Assembly (NCBI GenBank): GCA_002104905.1
Contig: MCFE01000254.1
Span: forward strand, 1-64,000
Length of the DNA stretch: 64,000 nucleotides
From: Basidiobolus meristosporus CBS 931.73
Taxonomy: Eukaryota > Fungi > Basidiobolomycota
Reading direction: 5' to 3'
Shown here: one piece after another, positions 12,001 to 24,240 of the stretch
How positions within the stretch are numbered: position 1 is the first letter of the stretch
Layout: each line of letters begins with the position of its first letter
Notes under the pieces: generated by a model
Told to the model about the DNA's origin: nothing
Databases searched by the model: none
The model's input: the letters and a program-made list of their open reading frames with translations, nothing else
Translations under genes and position numbers: made by a program

Positions 12001-12960
12001 GCCGCCAATAACCTAGAAACATTGGAAGAGACTAAATCCAGCCTATCTAAGGAGTTCAAGATGTCCGATCTAGGAGAACTTAGTTACTACTTAGGGATTA
12101 AGTTCTCCATAGACAGAAGTACCCAGACTATTACCCTAAGCCAATCCAAGTATATTCAAGATATACTAAAGAAGTACAAAATGGAAGACTGCAAACCGGC
12201 AGCTACCCCAATGGAGACAAACCTTAACTTGGTCAAAACTCAACCAAATCAAGAGAGCTTGGTGCCATCTGAAAGCCCTGACTTTCCTTATCAATCTATG
12301 GTCGGCAGTCTGATGTATATCATGCTTGGAACACGTCCAGATATCTCATATTCAGTGGGAGTTGTCAGCCAACATAATCAGAATTATGGATCTGATCATA
12401 TTGCAGCAGTTAAGCGGATTTTTAGATACCTAAAAGGAACTGCTGATATCTGCTTAAGATACACTTATAAGGATTCAGAACAGGATCTTGTGGGATACTC
12501 TGATGCTGATTGGGGACGAAATTTAGAAGACAGAAGATCCACCACAGGATATACCTTTCTTTACTGTAAAGGAGCCATTTCATGGAACTCAAGAAAGCAA
12601 CCAACCGTAGCACTTTCTACTACAGAGGCAGAGTATATGGCAGCCTGTGAAGCTACAAAAGAAGCAATGTGGTTAAGAAAGCTCTTTACAGATTTAGGCC
12701 TATGTCAAAAAACGCCTATTACTTTATTTCAAGATAATCAAGGATGTATACAATTAGGTAGAAATCCAACTTTTCATGCTAGAACCAAGCACATAGATAT
12801 TAGACATCATTTCATACGTGAAGCTATAGAGAATAACTTAGTTAGCTTAGTTTACTGTCCTACAGATGAAATGATTGCAGACATATTTACCAAACCATTA
12901 GCTAGAGACAAGTTTGAATATCTTAGGTCAAAATTAGGACTAGTCAGTATGAACATTTAG
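9016..12960 (+). CDS. Copia gag-pol polyprotein, 1314 aa
   Basis: Single ORF: gag, CX2CX4HX4C knuckle, protease WYIDSGAS, integrase (WHRRFGH, CEAC, D..D..E core, KAYRLY), RT (LYVDD), RNase H (GYSDADW..TKHIDIR). ATG 9016 chosen; another in-frame ATG lies inside the PBS at 8989. Confidence 0.97.
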   Translation: MSTTAITGIFPSAEKLDGSNYQVWKVKMKMLLQERGLWDIVMGEECPPKNVGEEALKYQKKEQSAFNCICLNVKDKLLIQCSRAKTAKNAWKALEDTYQSCSAAKKMYLRRKFFTTKMLPGEEMKNLINRITLLVDEMESVGVPTTDEDVIVTILNSLTDEFQGLVSALESRTEDLTLNYVYGRLLDEELRKSSANKKEEENALISNDNQQRRYPRPYKGNSNLFCNYCKRKGHTSDRCFKKRDYQQKKPEYGNAVTTEDRLFISALNMTTNKDSQTWYIDSGASQHFTHQKELFTQYQEIPIKKVFMGDDRTLDAVGEGTIQVNLRSSEGSHTLTFKEVLYVPEIAKNLLSVSKATAEGLSFSFDNSGCRITDQNGAHIASGIRDQNLYKLTYIPSYLEANISNLNEETPMLWHRRFGHINFDYLRKMIKDQLISGVKIDPPAILEHCEACIYGKQARQPFKSSGLIKTKKKLDLIHSDLCGPMQNLSLGGMKYLITFIDDYTRYTWVYFMERKEEALSKLREFKAMVERETGEKIKKIRSDNGGEYTSKLFIHFCKIHGIKQETTVPYSPQQNGVAERANRSIIDMARSMIHDQKLSYDFWAESVATAVYLKNRSYNRILRDSTPFEAWYGYRPSAEHLRIFGCTAYAKKLAGNQSKFEPKSVKCIFLGYCNESKAYRLYNTEAKKLIKSRDVLFDENSKFSQKMTSDDDENLISSPPIVRIESEQNNENFFTPEDSTTVVQPESVPRNIPEVIIPVSNARRSNRTRNSPNYYINEGTNLAYAYSVHVDEPQTVKEALNSPQTKFWRSAMTEEYQALMENQTWDLVKLPINRKSIGCRWVFKTKYKADGTIERYKARLVAKGYSQTKGLDYTETFAPVAKFNSIRLILAIAAKYKFFIHQMDVKTAFLNGELDEDVYMDQPDGFVDQDNPHLVCKLKKSLYGLKQSPRAWNCKIDSYLESLSFKRSNADYSIYYKPDRANPVLLALYVDDLIIAANNLETLEETKSSLSKEFKMSDLGELSYYLGIKFSIDRSTQTITLSQSKYIQDILKKYKMEDCKPAATPMETNLNLVKTQPNQESLVPSESPDFPYQSMVGSLMYIMLGTRPDISYSVGVVSQHNQNYGSDHIAAVKRIFRYLKGTADICLRYTYKDSEQDLVGYSDADWGRNLEDRRSTTGYTFLYCKGAISWNSRKQPTVALSTTEAEYMAACEATKEAMWLRKLFTDLGLCQKTPITLFQDNQGCIQLGRNPTFHARTKHIDIRHHFIREAIENNLVSLVYCPTDEMIADIFTKPLARDKFEYLRSKLGLVSMNI

Positions 12961-12962
12961 CT

Positions 12963-12971
12963 GAGTGGGAG
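12963..12971 (+). promoter_or_regulatory. Polypurine tract
   Basis: GAGTGGGAG abutting the 3' LTR. Confidence 0.85.
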
Positions 12972-13321
12972 TGTTGTAAAAATTCGTATTTTCCACCTAA
13001 ATATTCACCTAACTTAGTCACTTAGATCATCACCTTCAAATCCTAGAGAATACTGACCAAATTCCTTGTCGGGATTTACTTAGAATATTTTCACCAAAAT
13101 ACCAGGTACCCAGAACATGAAAATTCTCAAAGTTGTCCAAACAGCCCCAAACTTTGCACACATGTTCTTGGGACCTTCCTTAACCTATTCTACGTGTTTG
13201 TAATGCCAAGACCATGTAAAAGTATAAATACTACTTTTACATTCAATAAATCATTAAGTGAAAAACACATAATCTACTTGTTCTCCAAATCACTTCCAAT
13301 ATCTCCAAGACTCTTACAACA
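12972..13321 (+). repeat. 3' LTR, family A
   Basis: Identical by eye to 8635-8984. Confidence 0.97.
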
Positions 13322-16317
13322 AGATCTACACACTCAGCTTTATGTTTGTAGTAAAGCTATTCATATCCCAACATAAACTCCTTGCATAAAAGCTGTAGAT
13401 GTGTCAGGTTGGCATTTGTGATCCACTTCTGCATAAACATTCCTACAAAGTCCACATATGACTCCCAATGCTTCCAATGAACTCTGGACAGAAAATGCTT
13501 CAGAAGACCACTTTCATAAATACATATCCAGCTCATCCAGTCCTTGCATTTATATTGTAGCAAAGGCATGTGAGTATTGTGTAGAGCTTGTGAGGAATAC
13601 TTTAGGTATTGGATATTTTGACATATTGTTCCAGTGTTTTAAAATTCCTCTGGTATCTTAAAAGGCTCATTCAGCTTGAAATGCCCTAGGTACAGCTTGG
13701 TTAGCATAGAATATTATGGAGGAGCAAATGCACTGCTGCAAGTGGAAAGCATTTGCTCCAATATATTCCCTTTATCTTTAGTATTTCTGGTACCTAATTC
13801 AATCCATATTCTGGCAAATGGCTTATGGCCTACCAGCTTTACTACAATTGCATGCTGACTTCTGTATTTACTCTTTGAGCATGAATGATGTTCTTAGTAT
13901 TGATGTTTAGACAATAAAAGTGTATGTGATATATGGGGTATATCCCCTCAATCTCACACATTCATTGGCAATACCATATATTGTGCTCAGAAAGCTGACT
14001 CTCTTGCTGATGGCGGGGGGATTGCCAATGCAGATAATAATATGCACTCTGACATAGCAGTCATATTCTAGTATCCTGCTGGTGATTTAGGCCCATATAT
14101 CAGTGAGACTACCATCAGATTTCTGCTCTGGTGCCATGGGATTGGTGGCAGAATCAGGTTGATAAGAATCAGCAGCCAGCATCATTTTCTGGCAGTGCGC
14201 TTCTTCAATGGGAATCCATCAGGTGCCAAGACAAAGGCATGGTCATGTATACCTTCAAGGTAGCCTTGCTACTAATTTAATGCTAATACTTGCCATTGAA
14301 TATATTAGACATGTTTGCACTTGATTGATAATTGATGTGGCACTTTACAGCTTCACAATATTTGTCAGACTGCATAAGCTTCTCAAGACAGTTGATATCT
14401 GGAATATATCCAGAGCTTGAGCAATGCTTTCTGCCTATGGTGGTGAGTTCCTGACCTGTTGGACACCTTGTAATGGTGGCACTTTCTGATGTGAATGTTG
14501 ATCAAATGCTAGCACATACTGGTATCAGGAGGGTATCAAGGTGATATGTTGCCAGCTGCATGACAGTACTTCTTTTGTACCAAGTACATGGTAAGTTGCA
14601 TCCCTGAATACTTTTGGTAAGAAGTAGTAGTAAGTCATCAAAGCCCCCCTTACTAATATTGGTGCAAGTACACAGCTTCTCTAGCCAGAGCTTAGCATAG
14701 TTCACCAGTAGATGGCTTTTGGGCTCACTTGATACTATAGAATATCAGTCATTTTTTTCCATGGGTGTTGTCACAATATACATTGAATTCTGCTTGGCTC
14801 CTGCAAGGTCCTATGCTGAGAGAAGAAAGGCTCACAACCAATTAGTGAGCCTTCTTCTTTAAAGTTATCACTTGGCATGCCATATTCAGAAGGCTGAGGT
14901 GAGCCCAATGGCATCACAAGCTCACCTGAGTCAGCATGCACAGGGTTACAGCTATGGCTAGGTGCTTTCACAAAAGTATCAAGTGGTAGGCAACATATTG
15001 TTGGCAGAGTAGTGAGTGATGAATACTCAGGTATAACTTTGTGGCAAATCACAGGCTGCCATATACTCTACCTCTGTGGTGGAGAGTGGTATGGTTGGTT
15101 GTTTTCTTGAATTCCATGAAATTGTTCCTTTACAGTAAAGAAAGGTGTATCCTGTGGTGGTTCTTCTGACTTCAAAATTTTATCCCCAATCAGCATCAGA
15201 GTATCCCACAAGATCCTCCTCTGAATCCTTATAAGTGTATCTTAAGCAGATATCAGCAGTTCCTTTTAGGTATCTAAAAATCTGCTTAACTGCTGCAATA
15301 TGATCAGATCCATAGTTTGAATTCTGTTTGCTGACAACTCCCACTGATTATGAGATATCTGGATGTGTTCCAAGCATGATATACATCAGACTGCCAACCA
15401 TTTATTAATAAGGAAAGTCAGAGCTTTCAGAAGGCACCAAGCTCTCCTGATTGGTTCCATATTGACCAAGTTATGGCTTGTCTCCATTTGGGTAGCTGCT
15501 GGTATACAGTCTTCCATATGGTACTTCTTAAGTATATCTTGAATATACTTGGATTGGCTCTGGGTGATATTCTGGGTACTTACTTCTATGGAGAACTTTC
15601 TCCCTAAGTAGTAACTGAGTTCTCCCAGATTGGCCATTTTTAACTCTTAGGGGCAATGCTTCAAGGCTGTTTGTGGCTATATTAAGATCATCCACATATA
15701 GAGCTTTTAAAGCTAGAATAGTGTAAAGTTTAGTCAGCATTATTCCTTTTGAAGCTCAAAGACTCCAAATAGGAATCTATCTAAAATCCAGGCTCTTGGT
15801 CATTAGGTCAGTCCACATGGAGATTTTTAAGCTTGCAGACCAAATGGTGGTTATCATGGTCAACAAACCCATCAGGGTGGATCATATACATGTTCTTATG
15901 AAGTTTTCCATACAAAAATGATGTTTGATATCCATTTAAGGTAGAAACAACTTATATTTGACTGCTATAGCCAATATTTAATCTGATGAAAGTAAACTTG
16001 GCTACCAGGGCAAAGGTCTCAGTATAGTCAAGCCACTTTATTGGAAATTGCTTGTTAGCTATATGTCTTGCGTTATATCTTTCAGCTGCTCTGTCAGCTA
16101 TGTATTTAGCCTTGAAGATCCATCTGCATCCAACTGATGTTTGGTTGATTAGTAGATTGACTTAGTCCCAAGTGTGATTTTCCATCAGGGCTTGGTATTC
16201 CTCAGTCATTGCAATTGTTAAAATCTTTGTACAAAGGCTATTTAGTGCCTCTTTAACAGTTGGGGGCTAATAAATACGGACTGAATGAGCATAGGCTAAG
16301 TTTATATCCTGATTAAT

Positions 16318-16528
16318 AGACTTGTTCCATCATTCCAGCTGATCATAGTGCCCAATAGTGCCATAGCATGCCAGATGGTGCCTGATCATGCCATAGAGTA
16401 CCAGATGGTGCCATACAGTGCCAATTTGTGATAAAAATTGAAATGCATATGACCCTAAAATATCAAATTAATAACAAAATATACAGCACTTTCTGGTACA
16501 ATGATCAATGGCACAATGGAACAAATCT
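16318..16528. mobile_element. 211-bp PHIS MITE
   Basis: TIRs AGACTTGTTCCAT / ATGGAACAAATCT, TSD AAT on both sides, several GTGCCA-type subterminal motifs. Confidence 0.85.
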
Positions 16529-18077
16529 AATGTAGTAATTTGTGCTATTTCTTGTACAGTTGGATCTTCTGGCATTGATATTGCAATGATCACATCTAGG
16601 ATATTGCTGGGCACTGAGTCAAGATGAACCATGGTTTTAGAGCTCTCTGGAGTGAACAAACTTCATTGTTTGGCCTAGAGTCAATTATGACTATTGGTGA
16701 ATTAGATATCAGAATTTTGCTGTCATCTAATGCCATTTTTTGTGATAATCTTGAATTGTCATCAAACATACCCCTGGACTTATTCAGCTTCTTTTCTCTG
16801 GTGTTGTAGAGCTTATATGCCTTACTCTCATTGCAGTGGCTCAAAAATATGTATTTCACACTTTTTGGCTCATATTTTGCTTGATTTGTGGGAAGTTTTT
16901 GGCATATGCTGTACACCCAAATAATATTGGATTTTCTGCACCAAGTCTGTATCCATACTATGCTTAAAGTGGAGTAAAATCACAAATTATTCTGCCATAA
17001 CTCCTATGGTGAAGGTATACAGCTGTGGCAACTGATTCTACCCAAAAATCATAGGATAGTGTTTGATCATGGATCATAGACATCCCCATATTGTTTAATG
17101 ATCTGTTTGCATGTGATGCTACTCCATTCTGATATGGGGACTAAGGTTTATTAGTATCCTGCACTATCCCATCATTTTTGCAGAAATGGATGAAGAATTT
17201 TGAAGAATATTCTCTACTATTGCATGATCACACTTTCTCAATTTTTTCACAGGTTTCTCACTCCACCATAGCTTTAGAGTCCCTAATCTTAGACATATCC
17301 TCTTCCTTTCTCTCTGTGATGTAGACCCATGTGTATCTTGTATAATTGTCAGTAGAGGTGATTTTATACTTCATCTTGCCCAAGGATAAATCTTGCATAG
17401 GTCCACCCAGATTTGAGTGAATTAGATCTAGTTTTTGCTTAATTTAGATAAACCTACAGCTCTTTGATGGCTGTATGGCCTGTTTCCCATATATATAGGC
17501 CTCACTATGCCTCAAATTGAGCAATATGTGAACCATTTGATCAGTGATCCTGCATCCAGAATTGTCAATCCTGAAACTGAGTCCTTCTGCAGTGGCCTTG
17601 CTTACAGATTAGTAGGTTCTTGGCTATTCCTAGTACATAGACAACTTCTTTGAAGGTCAGTGGATGACTTCCTTCACTGCTTCCAATACATACTTGGATA
17701 ACCCTTTCTCTCACTACATTGAGTGTTATATTGTCATACATGAAAACCTTCTTAATTGGAATTTATTGATATTGGGTAAAAGTTCCTATTGGTATGTGGT
17801 GTGTTGAGATGCTCCAGAATCAATATACCAATTTGGGAGTCCTTGTTTGTGGCCATACTTAGTGCAGATATGAATAGTCTATCTTTAGTTTTTGCAGCAT
17901 TTCCATACTCAGGCTTTTTCTGCTGACTATCTAACTTTTTGATGCATCAATCTGGTGTGTGTCCTTTCCATATGCAGTAGCTGCAAACAGGTTTCTGTTG
18001 CCTCCAAACGGTCTTGAGTACCTTCTATGTTGGTAATCACTGCTCGTCAAAGCATTTTTTTTCTTCTTATATATATA

Positions 18078-18940
18078 AGACTTGTTCCATTGGATAGTGC
18101 CACATTGAGCCATGAGTGCCAAATGATGCCATAGTGTGCCAGAGAGGTCAAATGAGCCTATACTTGACCACAGAGTGTGAAACATAGCTCTGCATCTTCA
18201 TGTAAAGCAGCCGCTGTGTTTCACCCATTGCGCAGGAGAAAATCCATTTTTTGACCTTTTTTTGTGGATCAATGTAGCTCAGGAGGTGTTAGAGCACAGG
18301 AGAACTGAAGATATGCATCTGGTACTCAATACCCATGGCACTCTGAATCTAGCTCCTGTAGCTTGTATCATGTCACAAAAATGAATGGCACTATCTTGGT
18401 CCACTGGTACTATCTGGCACTATATTTAAATATTAGCCCTAAAGTAAGATCTATACAAAGCCCCTATAGTGCCAGATAGTACCAGTGGACCAAGATAGTG
18501 CCATTCATTTTTGTGACATGATACAAGCTACAGGAGCTAGATTCAGAGTGCCATGGGTATTGAGTACCAGATGCATATCTTCAATCTGCTTGTACTCTAA
18601 CATATCCTGCACAACATTGATCCAAAAAAAAAGGTCAAAAAATGGATTTTCTCCAGCACAATGGGTTAAACACAGGGGCTGCTTTGCATGAAGATGCGGA
18701 GCTATGTTTCACGCCCTGTGGCCAAATAGTGCCATAGTGTGCCTGAGAGTCATAGCAGACCTAACCTTGGCCACAATGTGTGGCATATAGCTCTTCATAT
18801 TCATGCAAAGCAGCCCCTGTGTTTCACCTACGGTGCAGGAGAAAATCATTTTTTTAACCTTTTTTTTGGGATCAAAATTGTGCATGACGTAAAAGAGCAC
18901 AGACAGACTGAAGATATGCATCTGGTACATAATACACATC
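18078..18940. mobile_element. Foldback PHIS MITE fused to a third, older arm
   Basis: Arm 18078-18423, 42-bp spacer, inverted arm 18466-~18725, then a diverged forward arm ~18726-18940. Confidence 0.85.
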
Positions 18941-19490
18941 TTCAGTTCTGGACTCTAGGGCTGGTAAAAATCCCTGAAGCTTGTATGTCAAGCTATTCAG
19001 GATGGTAACTATAACATCCTCATTAGTAGTGGTGCACCAAGAGATTCCATCTCATCCACCAGCAGGGTAAATCTGTTAATGTGATTCTTTATTACTTCAT
19101 CTGGCAACATATTTTGGTAAGGAATTCTCATGTAAGATACATTTTCTTAGCAGGCAGACATGACCAGTTTGTGTCTTCTTAAACCCTCTAGGCATTCTGT
19201 GTGGTATTTGCTCTTAAGCATTGAATTAGCAAATTGTCTTTGACATCAAGGCATATGCAGTAAAAGGCACTCTATTCTTTTTCTGGTACTTTAAGGCCTC
19301 CTCTCTCTCACATTTAGGAGGGCATTCTTCTTCTGTGACAATTTTACAAATGCCTCTTTCTTATAGCAGCATCTTCATCTTTGCCTTCCACACTTGGTAG
19401 TTAGATCTATCCAACTTTTCAGCAGAGGGAGAAGTTCCAGTAATAGCAGTAGTCCATATTGCAGAGAGTGACAGCTTGAGGCACATAACC

Positions 19491-22400
19491 TGTTGTAAGA
19501 GTCCTGGAAATATGGAAAGTGAGGTGGAGGACAAGTAGATTGTATGATTCCACTTTGTGATTACATTGAATGGAAAAGTAGAATTTATACTTTTACATAG
19601 TCTTAGCATAACTAGCATGTAGTAAGGGCTTAGGGAGGTCCTAGGAACATAGGTGCAAAGTTTGGGGCTGCTTTGACAACCTTGAAAATTTTCATGTTCT
19701 AGATATCTGATATTTTGGTAAAGTTAATTTAGTAAATCCAGTCAAGGAACTTGGTAACTATTGCTTAGAGTTTGAAAGTAATGACATAAGTGACCAACTT
19801 AGGTGAATATTTATATGGAATCAGAAGCTGTTAAAATGCTTCCACTCAACTAAGTATTCATACCAACTAATCCTAATTTTGATCTTAGATATTTAAACTT
19901 GTCTCCAGCTAATGGTTTGGTTAATATGTCTGCAATCATTTATCCAAAGGAGAGTAAATTATGCTAACTAAGTTATTCTTTAAAGCCTCATGTATGAAAT
20001 GATGTCTAATATCTCTGTGCTCAGTTCTTGCATTAATAACTGGATTACAACCTAATTGTATACATCCCTGATTATGTTGACATAAAGTAATAAGCCTTTT
20101 TTGACTTGGGCCAAAGTTGGTAAAAAGCTTTTGCAGCCACATGGCTTCTTTAGTAGCTTCACAGGCTGCCATATATATTGCTTCTGTGGCTGAAAGTGCT
20201 ACAGTTGGTTGCTTTCATGAATCCAATGATGTTGCTCCTTTGCAGTAAAAAAAAGGGATTCCTGCAGAGGATCTTTTATCTTCCAAATTTTGCTCTCAAT
20301 CAGCATCACAGTATCCCACAAATCTTCTTATAAAGTCCTTTAGGTGTACCTTAAGCAGCTACTAGCAGCTCCTTTTAGGTATTTCAAAGTCCATTCAACT
20401 GTTGCAACATATTCAGATCCATAGTTCTGATTATGCTGAATGACAACCCCCGCTGAATACTAAACATCTGGATGTGTTGCAAACATGATACATATCAGAG
20501 TGCCAACTTTGGATTGATAAGGAAAGGCAGGGCTTTCAGATGGCACTAAGCGCTCTTGATTTGGTCAAGTTTTGACCAAGTCAAGGCTTGCCTCCAGTGG
20601 AGCAGCTGCTGGTTTACAGTCCTTCATTTGGTACTTCTTAAGTATATCTTGAATATACTTGAACTGGCTTAGGGTGCTAGTCTGGGCTTTTCTGGCTATG
20701 GAGAACTTTATCCCTAAGTAGTAACTGGGTTCTCCTATATTAAACATCCTGAACTCATTAGATAACTGGGGTTAGTCTCTTTCAATGTTTCTAGGTTGTT
20801 TGTGGCTATATCAGAATCATCCACATAGAGAGTTAATAGAGCTTCATTTGCTCTATCTGGCTTATAGTGTATACTATAGTCAGCAGTACTCCTCTGGGAG
20901 CAAAAAGATTCCAAATCAGAAACTATTTTGCAAGGTACTTAGCAAATATTGGAGTTCATATAGAGTTTTTTAAGCTTGCAAACCTAATGATGGCCATTTT
21001 GGTTGGCAAAACCCATCAGGCTGCAGCAAATACACATCCTCATCAAGTACCCTACAGGAAAACACAGTTCTGGATCCATTTGATATAGAGAAAAACATAT
21101 ATTTGACTGTAATGGCCATTATTGATGGGATGAAGTTAAACTTGGCTGCCAATGCAAAGGTCTCAGTATAGTCAAGTCTTTCTGTTTGATAGCCTCTTTT
21201 GGCCACAAGTACTGCTTGGTATCTTTTTATTATATCATCAGCCTTGGATTTTGTCTGTAAGACCCATCTGCATCCACTGGTTTAGCTGACTGGTGATCTG
21301 ACTAAGTCCCAAGTTTGATTTTCTATCAGGACATGATGCCCCTCAGCTATTCAAGCTCTCCAAAACATTGTCTGAGGGCCTTTTAGGGCCTCTTTAATAG
21401 TCTGAGGCTCAACAATATTGACTCAATAGGCATTGGCTAAGCTAGTACCCTCATTGATATGGTAATTTGGGGAATTTCTGGCCCAGTTGGATCTCCTGCC
21501 TGATATACTGGAATGAATGATTTGGGGATACATATAGGGACTGATTCAGGCCAAACTTTGGCTATAAAGTCCTCTGGTATAAGAATACTCTCACTGATAT
21601 GCTCTGATTTAATCCTGACTATTGATGGACTTGAGATCACATTTTGGTTGTCATCTAACATCATTTTTGTTGAAATTTTAAACTTGCATACAGCAACACA
21701 TTGCTGGACTTAATCAGCTTCTTTGCTCTAGTAATGTTAAGTCTGTATTCCTTAGTTGCATTGCAGCAGCCCAAAAATATGCATTTTACACTGATGGCTC
21801 AAGTTTGGATCAAATTCCCTGCAGTCTTGTGGCATATGCTGCACACTCAAGTATTCTTAAATGTTCTACACCCAGACTTTGACTATACCATGCTTAAAGT
21901 GAAGTAGAGTTACAAAGTATTCTGTTATATCTTTTATTTTCAAGGTACACAGGTGTGGCAACTGATTTCAACTAAATATCATAAGATAGCTCTTGGCCAA
22001 GGATAGGTTATCTTGCCATATTCATCAGTGCTTTGCTTGCATGTTTGGATACTCCATTTCTCTGTGAAAAGTATAGTACAGTAATCATTATCACATCCTC
22101 AGCAGTAGCTGGTACACCAACATATCCCATCTCATCTACATGGGGGGTAATTCTGTTAATTAGACTTTTCATATGTTCTCCTGGTAGCATGTTTGTAGAG
22201 GAGAATTCTTGTCCAAGACCCATATTCTTAGCAGCTGAACATTAGTTATACTTGTTGTCTAATGCCTTCCAGGCTAATATTGACATCTTTACCCTTGAGC
22301 ATTGACTAACAATATTCCTCTCACATGCTTTTAGGAGGGCATATGTCTTCCATGACAACATTGCAAAGGCCTCTCTGTTGTAGCAGCATGTTCATCTTGA

Positions 22401-22854
22401 CCTTCCACACTTGGTAGTTAGATCCATTCAATCCTTGGAAGAGGTAAGATTCCAGCAATAGCAGTAGTAGACATTGCAGCAAGTGACAGCTTGAGACTCA
22501 TAACCTGTTTTAAAAGTCTGGGAGACATTGGTTGTGATTAAGTGAGCAAGAGGATTATGTGGCTTTCACTTAATGATTTGCTGAATGTAAAAGTAGTATA
22601 TATACTTTTACATGGTCATGGCATAGCAAACACATTGAACAGGCTCAGGAAGGTCCCAAGAATATATGCATCAAGTTTGTGACTGTTTGAATAACTTTGA
22701 AAGATTTCATGTTGTGGGCATCTGACATTTTAGTGAGAGTATTCTAAGTATATCTCAACAAGCAATTTGGTCAATATTTTCTAGGATATGTAGGTATTGA
22801 TCCAAGTGACTAAGCTAGGTGAATATCCAGGTGGAATTACATATTTTTACAACA
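19491..22854 (-). mobile_element. Degenerate, internally deleted Copia family A copy
   Basis: 5' LTR 22506-22854 with PBS remnant. gag is joined directly to the integrase core near 22075. PPT remnant at 19839-19847 leads into LTR 19491-19838. Confidence 0.85.
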
Positions 22855-24240
22855 TATACTCACTAGTATCTGGCAAATTTCTTCAGATATCTTTGTTATC
22901 CTGAAGGGCTATTGTATCCTTAAATACCCCATGTACAACTTGCTCATTTGTGCAGTGATACTGTTGAAGAGCAATAACATTGATCCAAACAGAAGGCTTT
23001 TGCATCAAAAGATTTCCTCATTCCTAAATATATTAAGGTCTTGATCTAACTCACATTATGGCCAATGGCTCATGGCTTCCAACTTTGCAGCAACTGAATA
23101 TAGAGTACTGTACATCCCCTCTAAGAAGACACTGCTCTTAGAGCTGGTGTTGGATAATAACAATGTGTGTGAGCTGTGGAGTAAAACCCAAAGCTCATAT
23201 ATCTGTCAGTAATGCCATTCATTATGTCCAGAGAAGGTAGCTATCTTGCTGATGGGTAGGTAGACCTTCCAAAATACAGCATATGCACTATGTCATGACA
23301 GCAAATGACTAGTATCCCACTGAAAGGTATAAAAATTTAATCTAGCAATGGATACATGTGTCTATCCAAATTGGATGGTGATATAGACCCTGATACCAGT
23401 GAGCCTACCATTGTGCTTCTGCTCTGTTACTGTAAGATTGGCATCAGATCCTGGTTGATAAGAATCAGCAGCTAGCAGAATTTGCTGGTACAGAACCTGT
23501 TTGAAGAGAGTCCATCAAGTGTAAAGCATAAGGCATAGCCATATGTACCTTAAATGTAACAGTTGCTTCTTAGTTGCTTGTAGTACTTGTCATCAAGTAG
23601 ATTGTATGGTTTGTGCTTGACTGACACTGAGTGCAGTGCTCTATAGCTTCATAAAAATTGTTGGGCTGTATGAGCTTCTTCAGATAGGGTATTACTAGAC
23701 TATATCTGGAGTGCATACAATATTTTCCTACTATGGTAGTGGCTTCCTGACAAGCTGGAGAGTTAGAATGGTGGCATAGGCATAATATACATGCCATGCA
23801 ACTGTTAACATATGCTGGTATCAAAATTTGTTGGGGTCATACATTGCAAGTCACATGATGGTGACGCATTTGCACCATGTATTTGAGAAGTGGCATACTG
23901 CATTGATATTAGCAAGAAGTAGCAGAAAATTCTGAGAGCCCCCATATCTTATATTAGTGAGAAAATGCTACAACTCAGGCCACAACATTATATCACCCAC
24001 CAGCAGATGGCTTACTGGGCCCACTTGGCTCCATTAAGTAGCATTGGCATATTTTACATTGGTGTTGTCTCATTGCATATTAAGACTTTGCCAAGCTCAT
24101 GCAGGGTAATGTTATGAGGGGAGATAAGCTCACAATCCATCAGTAAGTCTTGTTCTTCACAGCTATTACTCAGCAGCCCATATTTATATTGCTTACTTGA
24201 GCCAGAAGATAACACAAACAATCCTGACTTAGTTTGCACA
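22855..24240 (-). pseudogene. Second CACTA/EnSpm-type transposase remnant
   Basis: IPAYVNSCMA..C..C..YSLVIPYLKKL and FTLDGL..LLILIN segments, homologous to ~13620-15000. Confidence 0.65.

Larger units (their letters stand above)
8635..13321 (+). mobile_element. Intact Ty1/Copia LTR retrotransposon, family A (4687 bp)
   Basis: Two 350-bp LTRs identical by eye, TG..CA ends, TSD AGATC (8630-8634 / 13322-13326), PBS, PPT and an uninterrupted ORF. Confidence 0.98.
8325..15050 (-). pseudogene. CACTA/EnSpm-type transposase remnant (8325-8629 + 13327-15050), interrupted by the intact Copia
   Basis: Manual translation gives LAPDGF..CWLLILINLILPP..NLMVVSLIYGPKSP (Transposase_21-like) and, on the other side of the Copia, HCILHLA..NTGL..FPMESMYEKI (DUF4218-like). 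Many stops. Confidence 0.7.
15051..19838 (-). mobile_element. Degenerate Copia family A copy, lacking its 3' end, carrying two MITE insertions
   Basis: gag, INT, RT and RNase H fragments collinear with family A; LTR 19491-19838; PBS remnant at 19478-19490. Confidence 0.85.
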
